Shown: positions 12,902 through 25,474, counted from the first letter of the stretch. The stretch is DNA of 64,000 bases from Sphaerodactylus townsendi (GCF_021028975.2 NC_059436.1:1984001-2048000); one strand, 5' to 3'. Numbers and translations: made by a program. The notes: generated by a model from the letters alone, not told the origin.

Positions 12902-12946
12902 TTTCTTATGCCTAATAAAGGTTTTTGGATTGGATTGGATTGGATT
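12902..12946 (+). mobile_element. Minimal (~42 bp) LINE 3'-end insertion with (TTGGA)n tail (mirror 40281-40322)
   Basis: Sequence tatgcctaataaaggtttttggattggattggattggatt. Perfect 13-bp TSD tatatatgtatat at 40268-40280 and 40323-40335 in the right arm. Confidence 0.7.
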
Positions 12947-13163
12947 ATATACATATATACCCAACAGACTGGAGGAGAAAGCTACACACATTTCAGAAGT
13001 TCTCAATCCCTGCAGGGGGGTGGAAAAATGAAGAAAAAAATGAGAAAGGCAGCTCTTGTTGGGGGGGCTCATTCAGGGCCAAAGCATTCTTTTCTCTGAG
13101 TTGGGTACAGACTTGTCACCCTCCCACTCCCCGGGCCTGTATCCGATCTCATATTACAAAGTT

Positions 13164-13463
13164 GAGAGCCAGCGCGATGGTGTAGTGGTTAAGAACAGTG
13201 TTGCACTCTGATCTGGAGAACCGGCTTGATTCCCCGCTCTGCCACTTGACCTGTGGAGTCTTATCTGGAGAACCAGGCCAGCTTGTGCACTCCAGCTTGC
13301 TCATGCCATCTGGGTGACCTTGGGCTAGTCGCCCAGTTCTTCGGAACCCTCCCCACCTCACAAAGGTGTTTGTTGTGTGGGGGGAGAAGGAAAGAAGATT
13401 GTAAGCCCTTTGGAGTCTCCTTACAGGAGAGAAAGGAGGATATAAATCCAAACTCTTCTTCTT
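13164..13463 (+). mobile_element. Squam3-type SINE (mirror ~39796-40085)
   Basis: A-box tggtgtagtgg, B-box-like region, CORE gggtgaccttgggctagtc, tail tataaatccaaactcttcttc. Confidence 0.85.
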
Positions 13464-14960
13464 TATGAAAGAAAAAAATGAAAGTTGATTATATCATAAA
13501 AGCCCACCCTACATAAGCCTTCCCTACATTTCCACTTATGTATATTGGCTAGCATGGAAGGTGGGGTGGGGAGGTTATTACTCAGCTCTTGTTGTATTCC
13601 ACAGACCGTTGTGTGGTAATGGCTGGCTGCACCTGCCATTTTCTCTCATATCAACCCTTATTCTTGCGTTAGAGTCTCTAATTAATACACAGTATACAAA
13701 TGTTCATGCTGCAAAGTTAGCCAAGGCGATAAGTGTGTTTGTTAGCCAACAGTACATGTTATGGAATCCTGGCAATGGTAGTGTTTGAAACCAAGCTCTA
13801 TAAAATAAAATTAATTATAAACAGGGGAAACAATCCACTTGCTGTATGTGGGAAAGGCATGGTAAACTTTATTAATGACAGGATTTGGATAATTGGACGG
13901 GGGGGCCAGGGTTAATGAGAAACATGACGCTGGAAGATGGTGAGAGTTGCACCACTGGAAAAGCAGCTAACATTTTAAGCGACATTTTCCACTGCCAGAT
14001 TTGAAAATCTGTGCGCGATGACAGGTCTGCAGTCCTCATTGTGATCAATGGGTTTTTACGACCGGACACCCATCAGCATTGGCCCCCACTCCCCCCCCCT
14101 TTGGCCAAGCATTTAGAGTCCATGTGCTTTGCTTAATTTTGGACAGCCCCAAATGTTTGTACACTCTCTCTCAGTCGGCTGTGGTGACTTTTTACAGACT
14201 TATGAAGGTGTGCCTAAATAATAAAAGAGACTTTGTTGTTTCTCAGTCGTGCATGGAGGGGTTATTTGCAGGCTTAAAAAACGACAAATCCAACATCCTT
14301 ACTTTATTGCACAAAGACGGTGGAAAATTCTTCAGCTGGGGTGATACCACAAAGGGTTTTTAAAATTAGCCTCATCATGTTTTATTCATCAAACCTTTAA
14401 TTATAATTTATATATTAGTGTGAAGAAGGCAAATTTCTCCTCCTACACACATCGCGCTGGAGCTTTTCCCCTCTTAAATATTGATTTTTAAATCAATTAG
14501 TCCTGTTGCTTTTGATCCTCTCAGCCTTCAGTTACAAGCACAAGAGTTGACTTTGAATCAAAGCCGGGCCAGAGCTTTTGTGGCTGAAGGTGTTAATGAC
14601 AGAGTAGCATGAATTCTGCACAATGGAAAGATATGATTTTTTTGTAATAAGCTGGACAGCCACCAAGCACAATACCCTTTCCACTGCTGAAAATGAGCCT
14701 GTCATTGCTCACAAGAAGAAGATGGATACATTAATTAGCTGCTAGTTTGTGAAATGGAGGGAAAAAAAAGCCTAGTGTAATGGCTAAAGGCTCCCTATCC
14801 ATGATCCCACTTGAATACTGTCCTTGTTAAGGTCTTTCATAGGTTGCTAGCACTGGGTTGGGAGAGATTCTGGGAGTTTCTGGGAGTGGAGGAGGAGGTG
14901 GAAGGGAAAGGAGCTCAACAGAGTTTACAATGCCATGGAGTCCTGCTTCCCGCCCGTCCC

Positions 14961-15178
14961 CTATGGCTACCAATCTTGATCCTCCTTGATCTCAGATTGC
15001 AAATACCTTAACAGACCAGGTGCTCAGGAGCAGCAGCAGCAGCAGAAGGCCATTGCTTGCATCTCCTGCCATTGAGCTCCCAAAGAGCACCTGGTGGAGC
15101 CTCTGCGATTAACAGAGTGCTGGACTAGATGGACTCACGGTCCTGATCCAGCAGGCTAGTTCTTATGTTCTTATGTTC
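14961..15178 (+). mobile_element. CR1 LINE 3' end (mirror 38122-38338, -)
   Basis: gtgctggactagatggactc...ctgatccagcaggctag followed by the 8-bp tail repeat (ttcttatg)n, characteristic of reptile CR1. Confidence 0.85.
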
Positions 15179-15294
15179 CAGATGCAGGCGTTGATCTGTT
15201 GGAAGTTTTTAAAAGATATGCTAGTTCAGTGGCATTCAGTCTGCAGTTCATAGAGAGCCACATGCGGCAATTACCATCAGTTAGAAGACTCCAT

Positions 15295-15440
15295 GGCCCC
15301 TTCCGCTGCATAAAATAATGCGTTTTTCAAACCGCTGCAACTTGTTTGCAAGAGTGGATTTTGCCATTCCACACAGCTTCAAAGAGCATTGAAAGCAGTT
15401 TGAAAGTGCATTATTCTGCATGTGCTTGGAATATGAGTCC
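15295..15440. mobile_element. Harbinger/Tourist-like MITE, noisy left-arm copy
   Basis: Reverse complement of 37867-38006. Confidence 0.65.
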
Positions 15441-16857
15441 AACTTGTTGAATGCCCCATTCCTGGCACTGGGATGAGGAGGGGCGGGGAGGCGACAACTG
15501 TCCAGTTGTTGGGATGAGAGGCTGCAGAAGAGATGGGCCCTTTGTTTGTATCCTTGGCATGAAACCTGGATCTTGCAGCTAACCCATCCTGCAGTCTGTG
15601 TGTGCTAGTGACTGTTTCAAGGTGGAAACCATCTGCCCACCTGAAGTCCTACAAGGACAATGACTGTACCACATTCCTGGAACATAGGGCGGGTGCCACT
15701 CTGAGGAGCATTGCTCATAAGAACCACAGAGTGACATGTCGAAGCTACATGGGATTCTTGAGGTAAATATTACTGAGATAACCCATTAGGTCCTCCCCCC
15801 ACCCATAGGGCCTGGCCTGACCAAGTCACATTTATGTGACTTGTAACAAAGGAGTTCGGCACCCCTCCGTTATGCTTGACTTCCTTCTAGCTTGCTAAGA
15901 AAGCGAGTGGCTTTGCAAGCTATCTTTCCCCCCATCTGTCTGAGAGAACAATGCAGCCCTCATCTTGCTTTCTTGCTTTGCTGGGTTACCAGGAAACTCA
16001 GAACACATAATGTCATATGCAGCTGATCACTTGAGCTCTTTCCGTTGCTGGTAACCTGGCTCCAGATCTTTGCTGTAGACTGTGGAGGGTGCTTTTATTA
16101 ATTTTCCCATCGTTGCAAACTTCTCAGTGTGTGTGCTGTACTTTATGACGCAAGCAAATCTTGAATAAATAGTGACACATTGAAAGGATGGATGGCTTAC
16201 TAAACCACTCAGCCCATTACTGCGGTGAATGAGGTTAGATTGTCACTCTCAGGAAGGAAAACTTGGACTGGATCATGCCTTTATTATTTTTAAAAGTCAC
16301 ATTTTACAACATGTACATCCAGCTCCTAGTGTTTTTTGGATATTGGGCAGAATTTAAAAAAAAATTGATGGGGAGATAAATGGTAAGTATGAACACAATG
16401 CATGTATCAGAATTTTAACATCCTTATATCAAATAGGCAAGGGCTGGCTCCCATGTAGATTAATAAACCCTGTACTTTAAAAGAGCCAGCCATGGATTCT
16501 ACAAACCCAGGGGAATCCCCAGATTGATTGGATGATTAGTTTTAAGAAATGCTCTGGGGTCAGGATACTTCATTATGTTTTCTTATGAAGACTTTACCTG
16601 CAGGGCGAGGTCTGTATAGAAGTTCCAGGTCTCTCCTGGCCACCAGAGCAGAATAGGGGAGTCAATTCACGGTCTCCTGCTATTCACGGTGTTGACAATA
16701 GGATGAATTTACACAGATTAGGGCATTTGGGATAGCAGCCCTTCAGCTTTGTGGGGTTTTCTGTCCTCTGGGAGGTCCATGTTTGTTCCATCCCATCCAG
16801 ATGTCAGGCAGGCGGTCAAGATGGTTTTATTGCAGAGTGCATTTGAAGCTTAAGTAA

Positions 16858-17312
16858 GAGCGAGAGCATGAGGTATAGTGCAGGGGTGCAGGAACCTGCG
16901 GCTCTCCAGATGTTCAGGAACTACAATTCCCATCAGCCTCTGTCAGCATGGCCAATTGTGGCCATGCTGGTAAGCTGATAAGGAAACAGACCTGAGTATC
17001 TGGAGAGCCGCAGGTTCCCTACCCCTTTATATCAGTTAAGAACAGATCCCACTCTAATCTGGAGAATCGGGTTTGATTCCTTGCTCTGCCACTTAAGCTG
17101 TGGAGGCTTATCTGGTGAACTAGCTTAGCTTGTGCACTCCAACACATGCCAGCTGGGTGACCTGGGGCTAGTCACAGTTCTTCAGAGCTCTCTCAGCCCC
17201 ACCTATCTCACAGGGTGTTTGTCGTGAGGGGGGAAGGGAAAGGAGTTTGTAAGCCCTTTTGAAGTCTCCTTACAGGATAGAAAGGGGGAATATAAATCCA
17301 ACTCTTCTTCTT
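16858..17312 (+). mobile_element. Squam3-type SINE interrupted at its A-box by a hAT MITE (mirror ~36035-36487)
   Basis: Head gtatagtg|MITE|..gttaagaacag...gggtttgattcc, CORE and (ttc)n tail. An additional orphan SINE tail lies at ~17405-17460. Confidence 0.8.
16881..17027. mobile_element. Palindromic hAT MITE, left-arm copy with degraded 3' half
   Basis: Termini caggggt...acccct. Mirror of 36320-36467. Confidence 0.75.
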
Positions 17313-17617
17313 CCAACTGCCTCCCTTTTAACACACATCTTTATGTCATATATGAATCCAAAGTAACTGTCATGGCTTTCCTCAAATAATTCTGGAAGCT
17401 CTAAGAGAGAAAGGGGGGATATAAATCCAACACTGCTGCTGCTTCTTCTTTTTCTTCTTCATGCATAATATCATGCTGTTTTTATTCTTTTGGGCTGGGT
17501 ACCTTGGTCTTTCAGTTTTAAACCTCTATGATATTAAGAAGATAATGGTTGCTTTAGTTGAAGTTATCAGCTGCTTTACAAACATATGTTGGCTGAAAAT
17601 GGGCTAGGAAAGCTTTA

Positions 17618-17643
17618 AACCAACCAACCAACCAACCAACCAA
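17618..17643. repeat. (CAAC)n microsatellite (mirror ~35710-35730)
   Basis: aaccaaccaaccaaccaaccaaccaa. Confidence 0.9.
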
Positions 17644-19699
17644 TAAATAAATTAGCAAAAGGGCCCTAGACCTAAGGAAGCCGAGAGGCATTTTACATGG
17701 TGGCAGCTGTATTCCTTTTTTAAGCACTAAGGATTCTATTTTTATGTAAACTAAATTAGGCACATATGCATATTTTAAAAATTAGGTTTTAATCTATTTT
17801 TTGCAGTGTTTTTAATAAAACCAACATCTGGCAGGATTTGAGACAAGAACTGAGGATTTGGGTCCAGGGATACTATTTGTGGAAGGCAGGGTGAATGTGC
17901 ACTTGTTCCCTTTCTATGCCTCTGCATGTCACACCACATGTGATTATTCATCCTTACGCTGACTGTGGGGTACAAAGCCAGAATCTTTGGCGAAAAGGAA
18001 CAAAAACAGATGAGGGAGACTGCGAGGGTTGAGAGTGGACCTTCCAGCAAGTGCACGCAAGCATAAGGTCCCAAATTCAGATTGAGCCTACATGAGGAGA
18101 GGAAAGATTTCCTTGAAACCGGGGTCTATGCAGCATTACAGCATTTTGGGAGAAAAGAAAATGGAAAGAAGACGAGTATCTTTTGGCTGGAATAGGATCC
18201 TGGAATACTCTAGTTTTTTGAATGCCATTGAGCTTGCTGCATAGACCCTGGGCGAGACAGACACACTCATAGGCCATTTATGCAACTACCACTTGATAAG
18301 CAGTCAATCCTCAGTCTTTGCCTTCCAGTGGGGTTTTTTTCTGTTTTGCACCACCCTTTTTTTTTTCCCTGTGTTTTTTTCTACCTGCGTCTGTTGTGTG
18401 ACAAAACTGTGCAGGAGAGGAATGGTCAATATATCTCTTCCCTCTCTGCAGTGTCCTGAGTCAAAACTGGCCACCCACTCAGTTGTAATTGAGTTTATGA
18501 AGAAGATGTTGGGTGGCGAGAGATTTCAGTAGTTTCTGTCTTATCTAATTTAAGCCAAAGACTCATAATACTCTTTTCCCCAAATTACATTTTTAATAGC
18601 CCATCGAGAAACTTCTGGCAGATCTCTTGACTTCACCTGATTTCCATTTCCCCTGAAATAGAGGCCCTGATTGAATCACCTGTGGGACCTTGGCCTATCC
18701 CGCCACCCCCTAGGAAAAGTAAAAGATTTCTAGGATGGCAGTGTCGCATCAGGGTAGTTTGCACTTTCAGCAACCATACTGTGAAGATTTTTATAGAGTG
18801 ATCTTTTAGATGAACAAGTGCAGCCAACTCCTCTTACTTGATGACTGGCACAATGACCAGAAGCAGTAGTCATCAGCTATTGGGAGACTTGAAGATAAAG
18901 AAGTTGGGGAGGTGTTTTTTTTTCCTTTCAAGACTTTGCAAGTAATGAGCTGTTGTGATAAAAGTCTTTTCCAACTTTCCTGACACTGAAATTAAAAGCC
19001 AGGAGGTTGTACAGTTTATTTTATTTCCCAGCCTCCTGGGATTTGTTTCATACTTGTCTCCTGTTTCCTTGAATGACGGAGCCTGGAGAGGAGGGAGAGG
19101 TTCTCCGTGGAGAATTCAATTCGGCAGAATTACGTCCGTTTCAAAGCTCTCTCCCACGCATTGACTGCATTGCCGGTAGCTTCCGGTCGAAAATCTCTTT
19201 GCAGCCCTCATTTTTGTGCCAGCTTTGATAAGAGTCCCTGTGTAATCAGCAAAGCAACCGTTAGCTGACTCCAATACTGTACGATTTCCCCTTGTGGCTT
19301 CTTCAGTCCTGTTTATAATTGAAGTAAGGCTCCTTGCTTTATGCTGAGGGCTATGAAAAAAAGAATAAGTTAATAAGTAATAAGTAATAAGACAATGGCT
19401 CGCGTCCAAGATCTTGTTTCTCAGCCTTGTTCCTGAATGCACAGCTAAATGCATAGCAGTAGTTTTTAGCCCTGTGCCTTATATATTGGATTAGTCTAGG
19501 TGAATTTTCCACAGATCTGAAAGGAAATTCACGGAAGATGCAAACAGACCCTACGAAGAAAGAGGCATTTGCAAACTACAGTTAAGATATTCTTGAAAAA
19601 AGGCCAAAAATTCATTATGATGATGAAAGACCAGAGGAGAAACTAACTTTTTCTTCCAAAGGCCCTTGCACTTAGGCCCTTTCTGCATGGGCCATAAAC

Positions 19700-20165
19700 A
19701 GCGCCCTGGGGACAGCAAAAACGCCATTTGGGAGCTGTTCGCACCGGCGTAGCTGCTCGCGCAACCGCACAGCCCTCGCACCTCCCGAGCGTAGCGAAAT
19801 ACCGTTTTTCTGACCTGCCGGCTTCCCCAGCGAGGTTTACAGAAAACGGCGGCTTCCAACCACTACCATGTGAACGGCAGCGGCTGGAAGGAGCCATCCC
19901 TCCCCCCTGTGACCGGTGGACCTACCGTCTCTGGCGGCGTCTGGAATGGTCGAGGCAGGGCAGGGGGACATGTCCCCTGGCCTTGGCGATGCGGCTGGAC
20001 TGTCGCGAAGATGGTGCGTCACCTGGGCTGCAATAACTGGCACAGCGTGGCGCCGTTGTCCCGGTAGTTTCTGGGACCGATGGGTGTGAAGCGGTCCAAG
20101 AGGGGTTGGGTCAGCGTCGTAATGTACGCAAACCCAACCCCCACCGTAACCATCGCGAGGAAATG
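19700..20165 (-). promoter_or_regulatory. CpG island, putative promoter/first exon (left-arm copy)
   Basis: Sharp local rise in GC and CpG with no recognisable transposon hallmarks, a CRE-like tgcgtca, and a candidate donor ACG|GTAGGT on the minus strand at ~19925. Confidence 0.55.
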
Positions 20166-21775
20166 GCCATAAACTCCAACTGCTTCAGTCCCAAATACAT
20201 TACTGCCCTCATTTTGTCCTCTTTGTTGCTTTGGTGGGGATGTCTTCATAAAATGTTGTGGTGTGAATTGCTACACTTGTCGTTTTTAATTGTAAGCTGC
20301 CTTGGGCATGTATATGAAGAAGTGGCATAGAAATATCCTAAATAAATATACTTCTCTTGTTAATGATTCTTTGTCCATTTGACTTTGTAGCTGCTAGGTT
20401 GTATATTCAACCAGGGTTGCACAACAGCAATCGTTTGCAACTGGATGAACTTGTCTATAGGAAAATTCAGTTGAGAATTATTACTATAGCACAAAGATAA
20501 TGCTATATTCCAACAATGTGTGCATGGGAATAGTTTAGACTCCCAGTTGGGGGAGTGGAAGCTAAAAACAAATTCAAAAGCACCTGAAATTTGGAGAGGG
20601 GCTCCTGCCTGCATTCCCATTATCTGGTCCCCACTTATCAGGCTGGCAGGGGAAAAATGAAGGGGGCTCTTCAGTATTGCATCAGAAGTGATGTCAACCC
20701 ACTGGAGTAATACCCTGGGATTCATACTGGATTAGATAGACCACTGATTTAATCCTGCTGGGCTGTTTTTATATCCTATGGAGAAAGATGACATGCATGC
20801 TCACACACAGAGCATCCCATAATTCAACACAACCCTTCCTGATCCATTTGTAGTATACCTGGAAACACTGAGTCACAAATCAATCTTCTTTGAATTTGGA
20901 GAATTTGAATTATGAGAGGTGAAGGAGTGTCAACCAGACCTCCAAGGAGGCCATGTTGAGAAAACTCCCTTATAATTACTCCACAGAGGAGATGTGATGG
21001 TATGGTTAAGGTCTTTATTCTACATGCATAATTTTAATCCAGCCCTGATTAACGCTGGTGGCTAGATAAAAACAGTTGGAATGGCACTCAATCCAGCTCG
21101 TATGGCGTGTTTCCTGAAACCATGAAAGCATAACCGGGGCTTAGTCAATATAATTAATTTTTTTAATGTGGCATACAAAATTACTTTTAAGTGACAATGT
21201 CAAAGTAGTAACTGTTTTTGATGAGAAAATGATGTATGATGATGCAATAGATCAGTTTCGTACATTCTCGCGAGGACTTCCAGTAGTATCATCCTTTATA
21301 GGCAGAACCTAGCATTAAAGAAGTGGAAACAAGATGTGTCTGGCTTTTTATTTGTGTTTCAATGTGCCAATGATTCCCAGTTCCTCTCCAGACAACTCAT
21401 AAACAAGAATTCCAGCACAAAGAAGTTTAGAGAATTATTTTTAACTATCATAACATTTAACACAAAGAAGCTTTCTACTTAACCACACAGGAAGCAATAG
21501 ATAGATAGGACTTGAATTCACAAGGGAGAAATGAAGGCTCTTCCTTCACCCCTATGAATTAATCAAAATGTCAAGATTGTAAAAGATAGTTTTTCTACAC
21601 CAGGTTTCATGTTTACACCTGCTCCAGTTTGACAGCTAAAATACTGGTTTAACGATACAAAATTTCTTACATCTAGTCAGCTGATGATGATGATTTACCA
21701 TATCTTTGTTCTCAATTTCTTTTCTTTTTAAAATACTCTTAAAAAAATAAGAACATGTAAAACAATCATAGCGAA

Positions 21776-22022
21776 GTATTGTCAAAGGCTTTCACAGCTG
21801 GATTCCGCTGGTTCTGGTGGGTTTTCCGGGCTGTGTGGCCGTGATCTGGTGAATCTTGTTCCTAACATTTCACGCACATCTGTAGCTGGCATCTTCAGAG
21901 GTGTATCACAGAGGGAAGTCTGTTACACCTGTGGTAGAAACCACAGATGCAGGCGAAACGTTAGGAACAAGATCCACCGGACTCCCATAACCCCACAACC
22001 CAGAAAACTTCCACCAGAACCA
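21776..22022. mobile_element. Penelope-like element terminal fragment in inverted arrangement (left-arm copy)
   Basis: tattgtcaaaggctttcac...tggcatcttcagagg...gatgcaggcgaaacgttagg. Mirror of 31446-31690. Confidence 0.7.
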
Positions 22023-25000
22023 TTCATAATAAAGAAAGGTCCAGAAGGGCAGGTAAGAGGGATGGTTTGATGAGGGAAAAGAATCTGAAAAGGGTCAAAG
22101 AAGGAAAGGTAAGGAACTGTTAGGAACCAGGAGGTGGAATGGGAGATGGAGATCATTGTAGAGAATAGAAATGGTAGTGGGAGGAAGAGAGAAAGAAGCA
22201 AAAGGAGAGGAGGAAGAAAGAAAAATTTTAAAAGACAATTATAAAGACAATAAAAAGGCAAAAGCCATTTTGGCCTCTGAATCTGCCCCTGAAATTCTGT
22301 GTGCAGGTAAAGAGTGATGACAGAGTAGTGATATCGCGCCCATGATGTCAGGGTGCTAATCAGCTCAAATTGGGTTGTGAGTGTGTGAAAATATACCTCT
22401 GCCAACATTAATGAACAAAAAAGAAGTGAAATTATGATTGTCATATGATCCCCCCCCCCCAATGAATGGAAAAAAAGATGGGAGATGAATGGTTTTGAGT
22501 GGAAGAAGACTTGTGGGTCTTCTGTTCTAAATTTAGGATGCTAATGACAGAACAGCTACAATTTGATTGTGGTGATTAGCCCTGGCAACAGAAGGCCACC
22601 CCCAATACAAACTATTCTGAACATGATTAAAAAAAACACCCTATTCCAAAACTGAAAAAAGCTATTCCAAACTGAAAACTATTCCAAATACAACTAATAC
22701 AATTAATCCTGGAAGTTGTAATTCCTCACTCCAGTTCCAAAAATGCTTGTTTTCCAAACCAGTACTGTTCTATTCCTGACTTAAAGTGACAGCATCACAG
22801 GTGGTAAAAATTTATATCTCACACCTACTACCTGATTCTTTTACATATGAGATACTGGGGATTACTGCTTTAGGACATTCTTGCATGCAAAGCAGATGCT
22901 ATCCCACTGGCTCCTCCCAAAACCCACAGCTCAATCCACTCAGCTTTACCTCATTCCATAACTTGATTTGCAGACCATACAAACTGGGTTATACCTATTC
23001 TTCTGTGAAAGCAGGCAGTAGGCATTTGAGATGGAAATGTCTCTCTTTCTTCCGACTGAAACTAAAACTTCTGGATCTTCTATTTGAGCAATCAACTTTG
23101 AGCACAAGGCTTACTTTTTGTCCTATATTCACACAATGCAGAGTGGGTGGTTTTGGACTTCCCTTGGCAACAGAAAATCCCCTCTCCTGAGGCAGTGGCC
23201 TTCAGGCAGCCGGTACCAGCTGTATGGATCCCAGCTTTTTTTAAAACGAGCACACTCCATTTGGTGGAACAGATAAAAGACAGAGGAAGGGGCTTTGCAG
23301 AGTCACATTCAGTTTAATGAAAAAACACTTTAATAAGGACAATCTCCTTCGAGCTGGCTTTGGTTACCATATAAAGCAAATTCATTCCCAGTAAATCAAA
23401 GAAATGGTTTCTCTCTCCCTGAAGAATCCATTTGGCACTTGTTGTAATTTTGCCCTGGGAGGGAAAAAAAAATGAAAGAAAGGAAAGAACCGTGACCAAA
23501 CACATTTTAAAAGACATGAATTGGCTGAAATCTTATCCTGAAAATTAGCCTGTTGTTGTTATCTCCTAGGCAGCAGTTCTTGTTGGGGCTCTTGTGAAGT
23601 TAGTGGATGAGGATTGGAACCTTTCACATAAGGACTCTGAAAGGCAGCATTTAGATCCTGGCTAAAAACTTGTTTTATGAGTCAATAAATCCTCTGAAAG
23701 ATATACCATAAAAACTTCAGGGTTACTAATTTTTAAAACTGAGAAGTGATAATCTCAATTCTGTCCAAGTTTGCTCTGGAGACAAAACCAGTATTTCTTA
23801 ACCTTTTGGACAGAATCACTTTTTTTATTTATTGTGATAGTCTCGAATATAAGACTGTTCAGAATTGTATGAAATGTATCCAACACCCCCATTTGACTCC
23901 CTCTCCATGCAGATTTCAGCTTTTTTTGGAATTTTGGTCATAGCTCACCCGTTCAGTCCCCAAAATGCTTTCCCCCCCCTGAGCTGTCATAAGTGGAAGA
24001 GTTTAATTCCAATTTCCATTTTTTCAGCAGCACGCAAGGCAAGGGCTGTTTTGTTTTTTTTAAGTGAGAATTTGAACAAAATAAAGAGACAGAAGTCAAA
24101 GCAAGGTAAGCTTTATAAGACATAATCAAATTTGTATTGCTCTGGTGCAAGATTGAATCCAGAAAACTGTCTCTGCAGTGGCTTTGGAACTCTCTGAAGT
24201 TATTGTGACTTTGACCTGACGGTTTTGAAGCATCATCCGTTTCACAGATGAATTAAAAACAACAACCTACACTTGAAGTTTTGTATGAAATAACTAAATC
24301 ATCATGGATTGGCATTTGCTCAAAAATGTTAATGCTATTATTTTGAATTTCATTGTTGGCCTGAGATGATTAAGCTAAAGCACTAAGTGTGACTCAGTGG
24401 GCTACAGCTGGAGAGATTTGAGTTCCAAGTATCCCTCAGCATTAAAGCTCCTTGTCCTTCACACTCACCTTCTTCATGTGGTTATTTGGAGGATAAAATG
24501 GAGGAAGGAAGACCCTTATGTGAGGTACTTTTGCTCTTCTTGAACTGGTTGGCATAACATGTTCATGTGGCTGATTTGTTTAAACCAAGGGAAATGTTAA
24601 AAGGAATCCACCAAGAGTGATGTCAACATAAAAGTGGTCCTGGCGACATAATCATACCTGCAAAATTATGCTCTGAAGACACTTCATAGTAACTGAAGAA
24701 GATAATCTGAGAGCAGTTGGGCAAGTGTGCTGCTGGTGCTCCTCAGTTATTAGCTACTTTCGACCCAGCACCTGGTGTTTAAAAGCGTAAAATACCGAGG
24801 AGGGCAAATAATGGAAATCCAATATGGTTTACTAGGAAGCATTTGGAGAGAGCAGAAAATCAATTTGACTCCTGTAATTATATACACAGGGCCAGAGGCT
24901 CTTAAAGCTGGTATAGTGCTCTATGGGTTACGATGTAGGCAGTATGCATGACAAAAGAACAGAACAGTAACATACTAGGAAAAAGGAGAAAGAACTTTGA

Positions 25001-25474
25001 AAGCGGCTTGCCTCCCACTTGCCTGCAGAAGAAATTGGGTGGTGCAGGCGCCAAGATGGGCAGTGTGATCTGAAGCTTAATCTCCACTTGGTTTGTCCCT
25101 TATTACTTCCACTTCTGTTTCCAACTGCCCACATTGGGGCTGGAAGCTGCTAGGCACCCCTTCACAGCACTTAAGATCTGTAGCCCTGAGACACGTTTTT
25201 GTGTGCAGCCGGATTTATAGCTTATTATTGAAATTTTTGATTCCTTCAAGCTGGTGTGGGAATCAAACTTTGGTTGACGGAGGAAAGGTATTTTAAAGCT
25301 GGGGAAAGTACTAAACTTCACAGGATGTATTATTGTGTAATAAAGTAATTTGGAAGTTGCCTCCCCCGAAATCTTTCCCTTCAGGATCCTATATCAACAT
25401 TCAGACCCAAAGAGATTAACAAAGAAGCAGTGAAAACTGAAAATGTGCAATTTAACATTACTGATGAATGGGCA

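Noticed and set aside
13164-13240. tRNA genes at the A/B-box-containing segments
   Set aside because: Each continues into CORE and tail sequence, so these are SINE heads and not cloverleaf tRNA genes.
19551-20067. Overlapping ORFs in the CpG island as a coding gene
   Set aside because: Expected from high GC content. Frames differ between the arms and no protein family is recognisable.
21194-21310. Possible exon DNVKVVTVFDEKMMYDDAIDQFRTFSRGLP
   Set aside because: Weak acceptor, no good donor before the stop, and no known homology.
21923-22462. 179-aa hydrophobic ORF resembling a membrane protein
   Set aside because: It derives from purine/pyrimidine-biased low-complexity DNA plus the Penelope fragment, and is not preserved in the mirror arm.
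22600-22700. Short repeated ctattccaaa units, and the 18-bp repeats at 25475, as CRISPR-like arrays
   Set aside because: Only 3-4 degenerate adjacent units, no unique spacers, vertebrate context and no cas genes.
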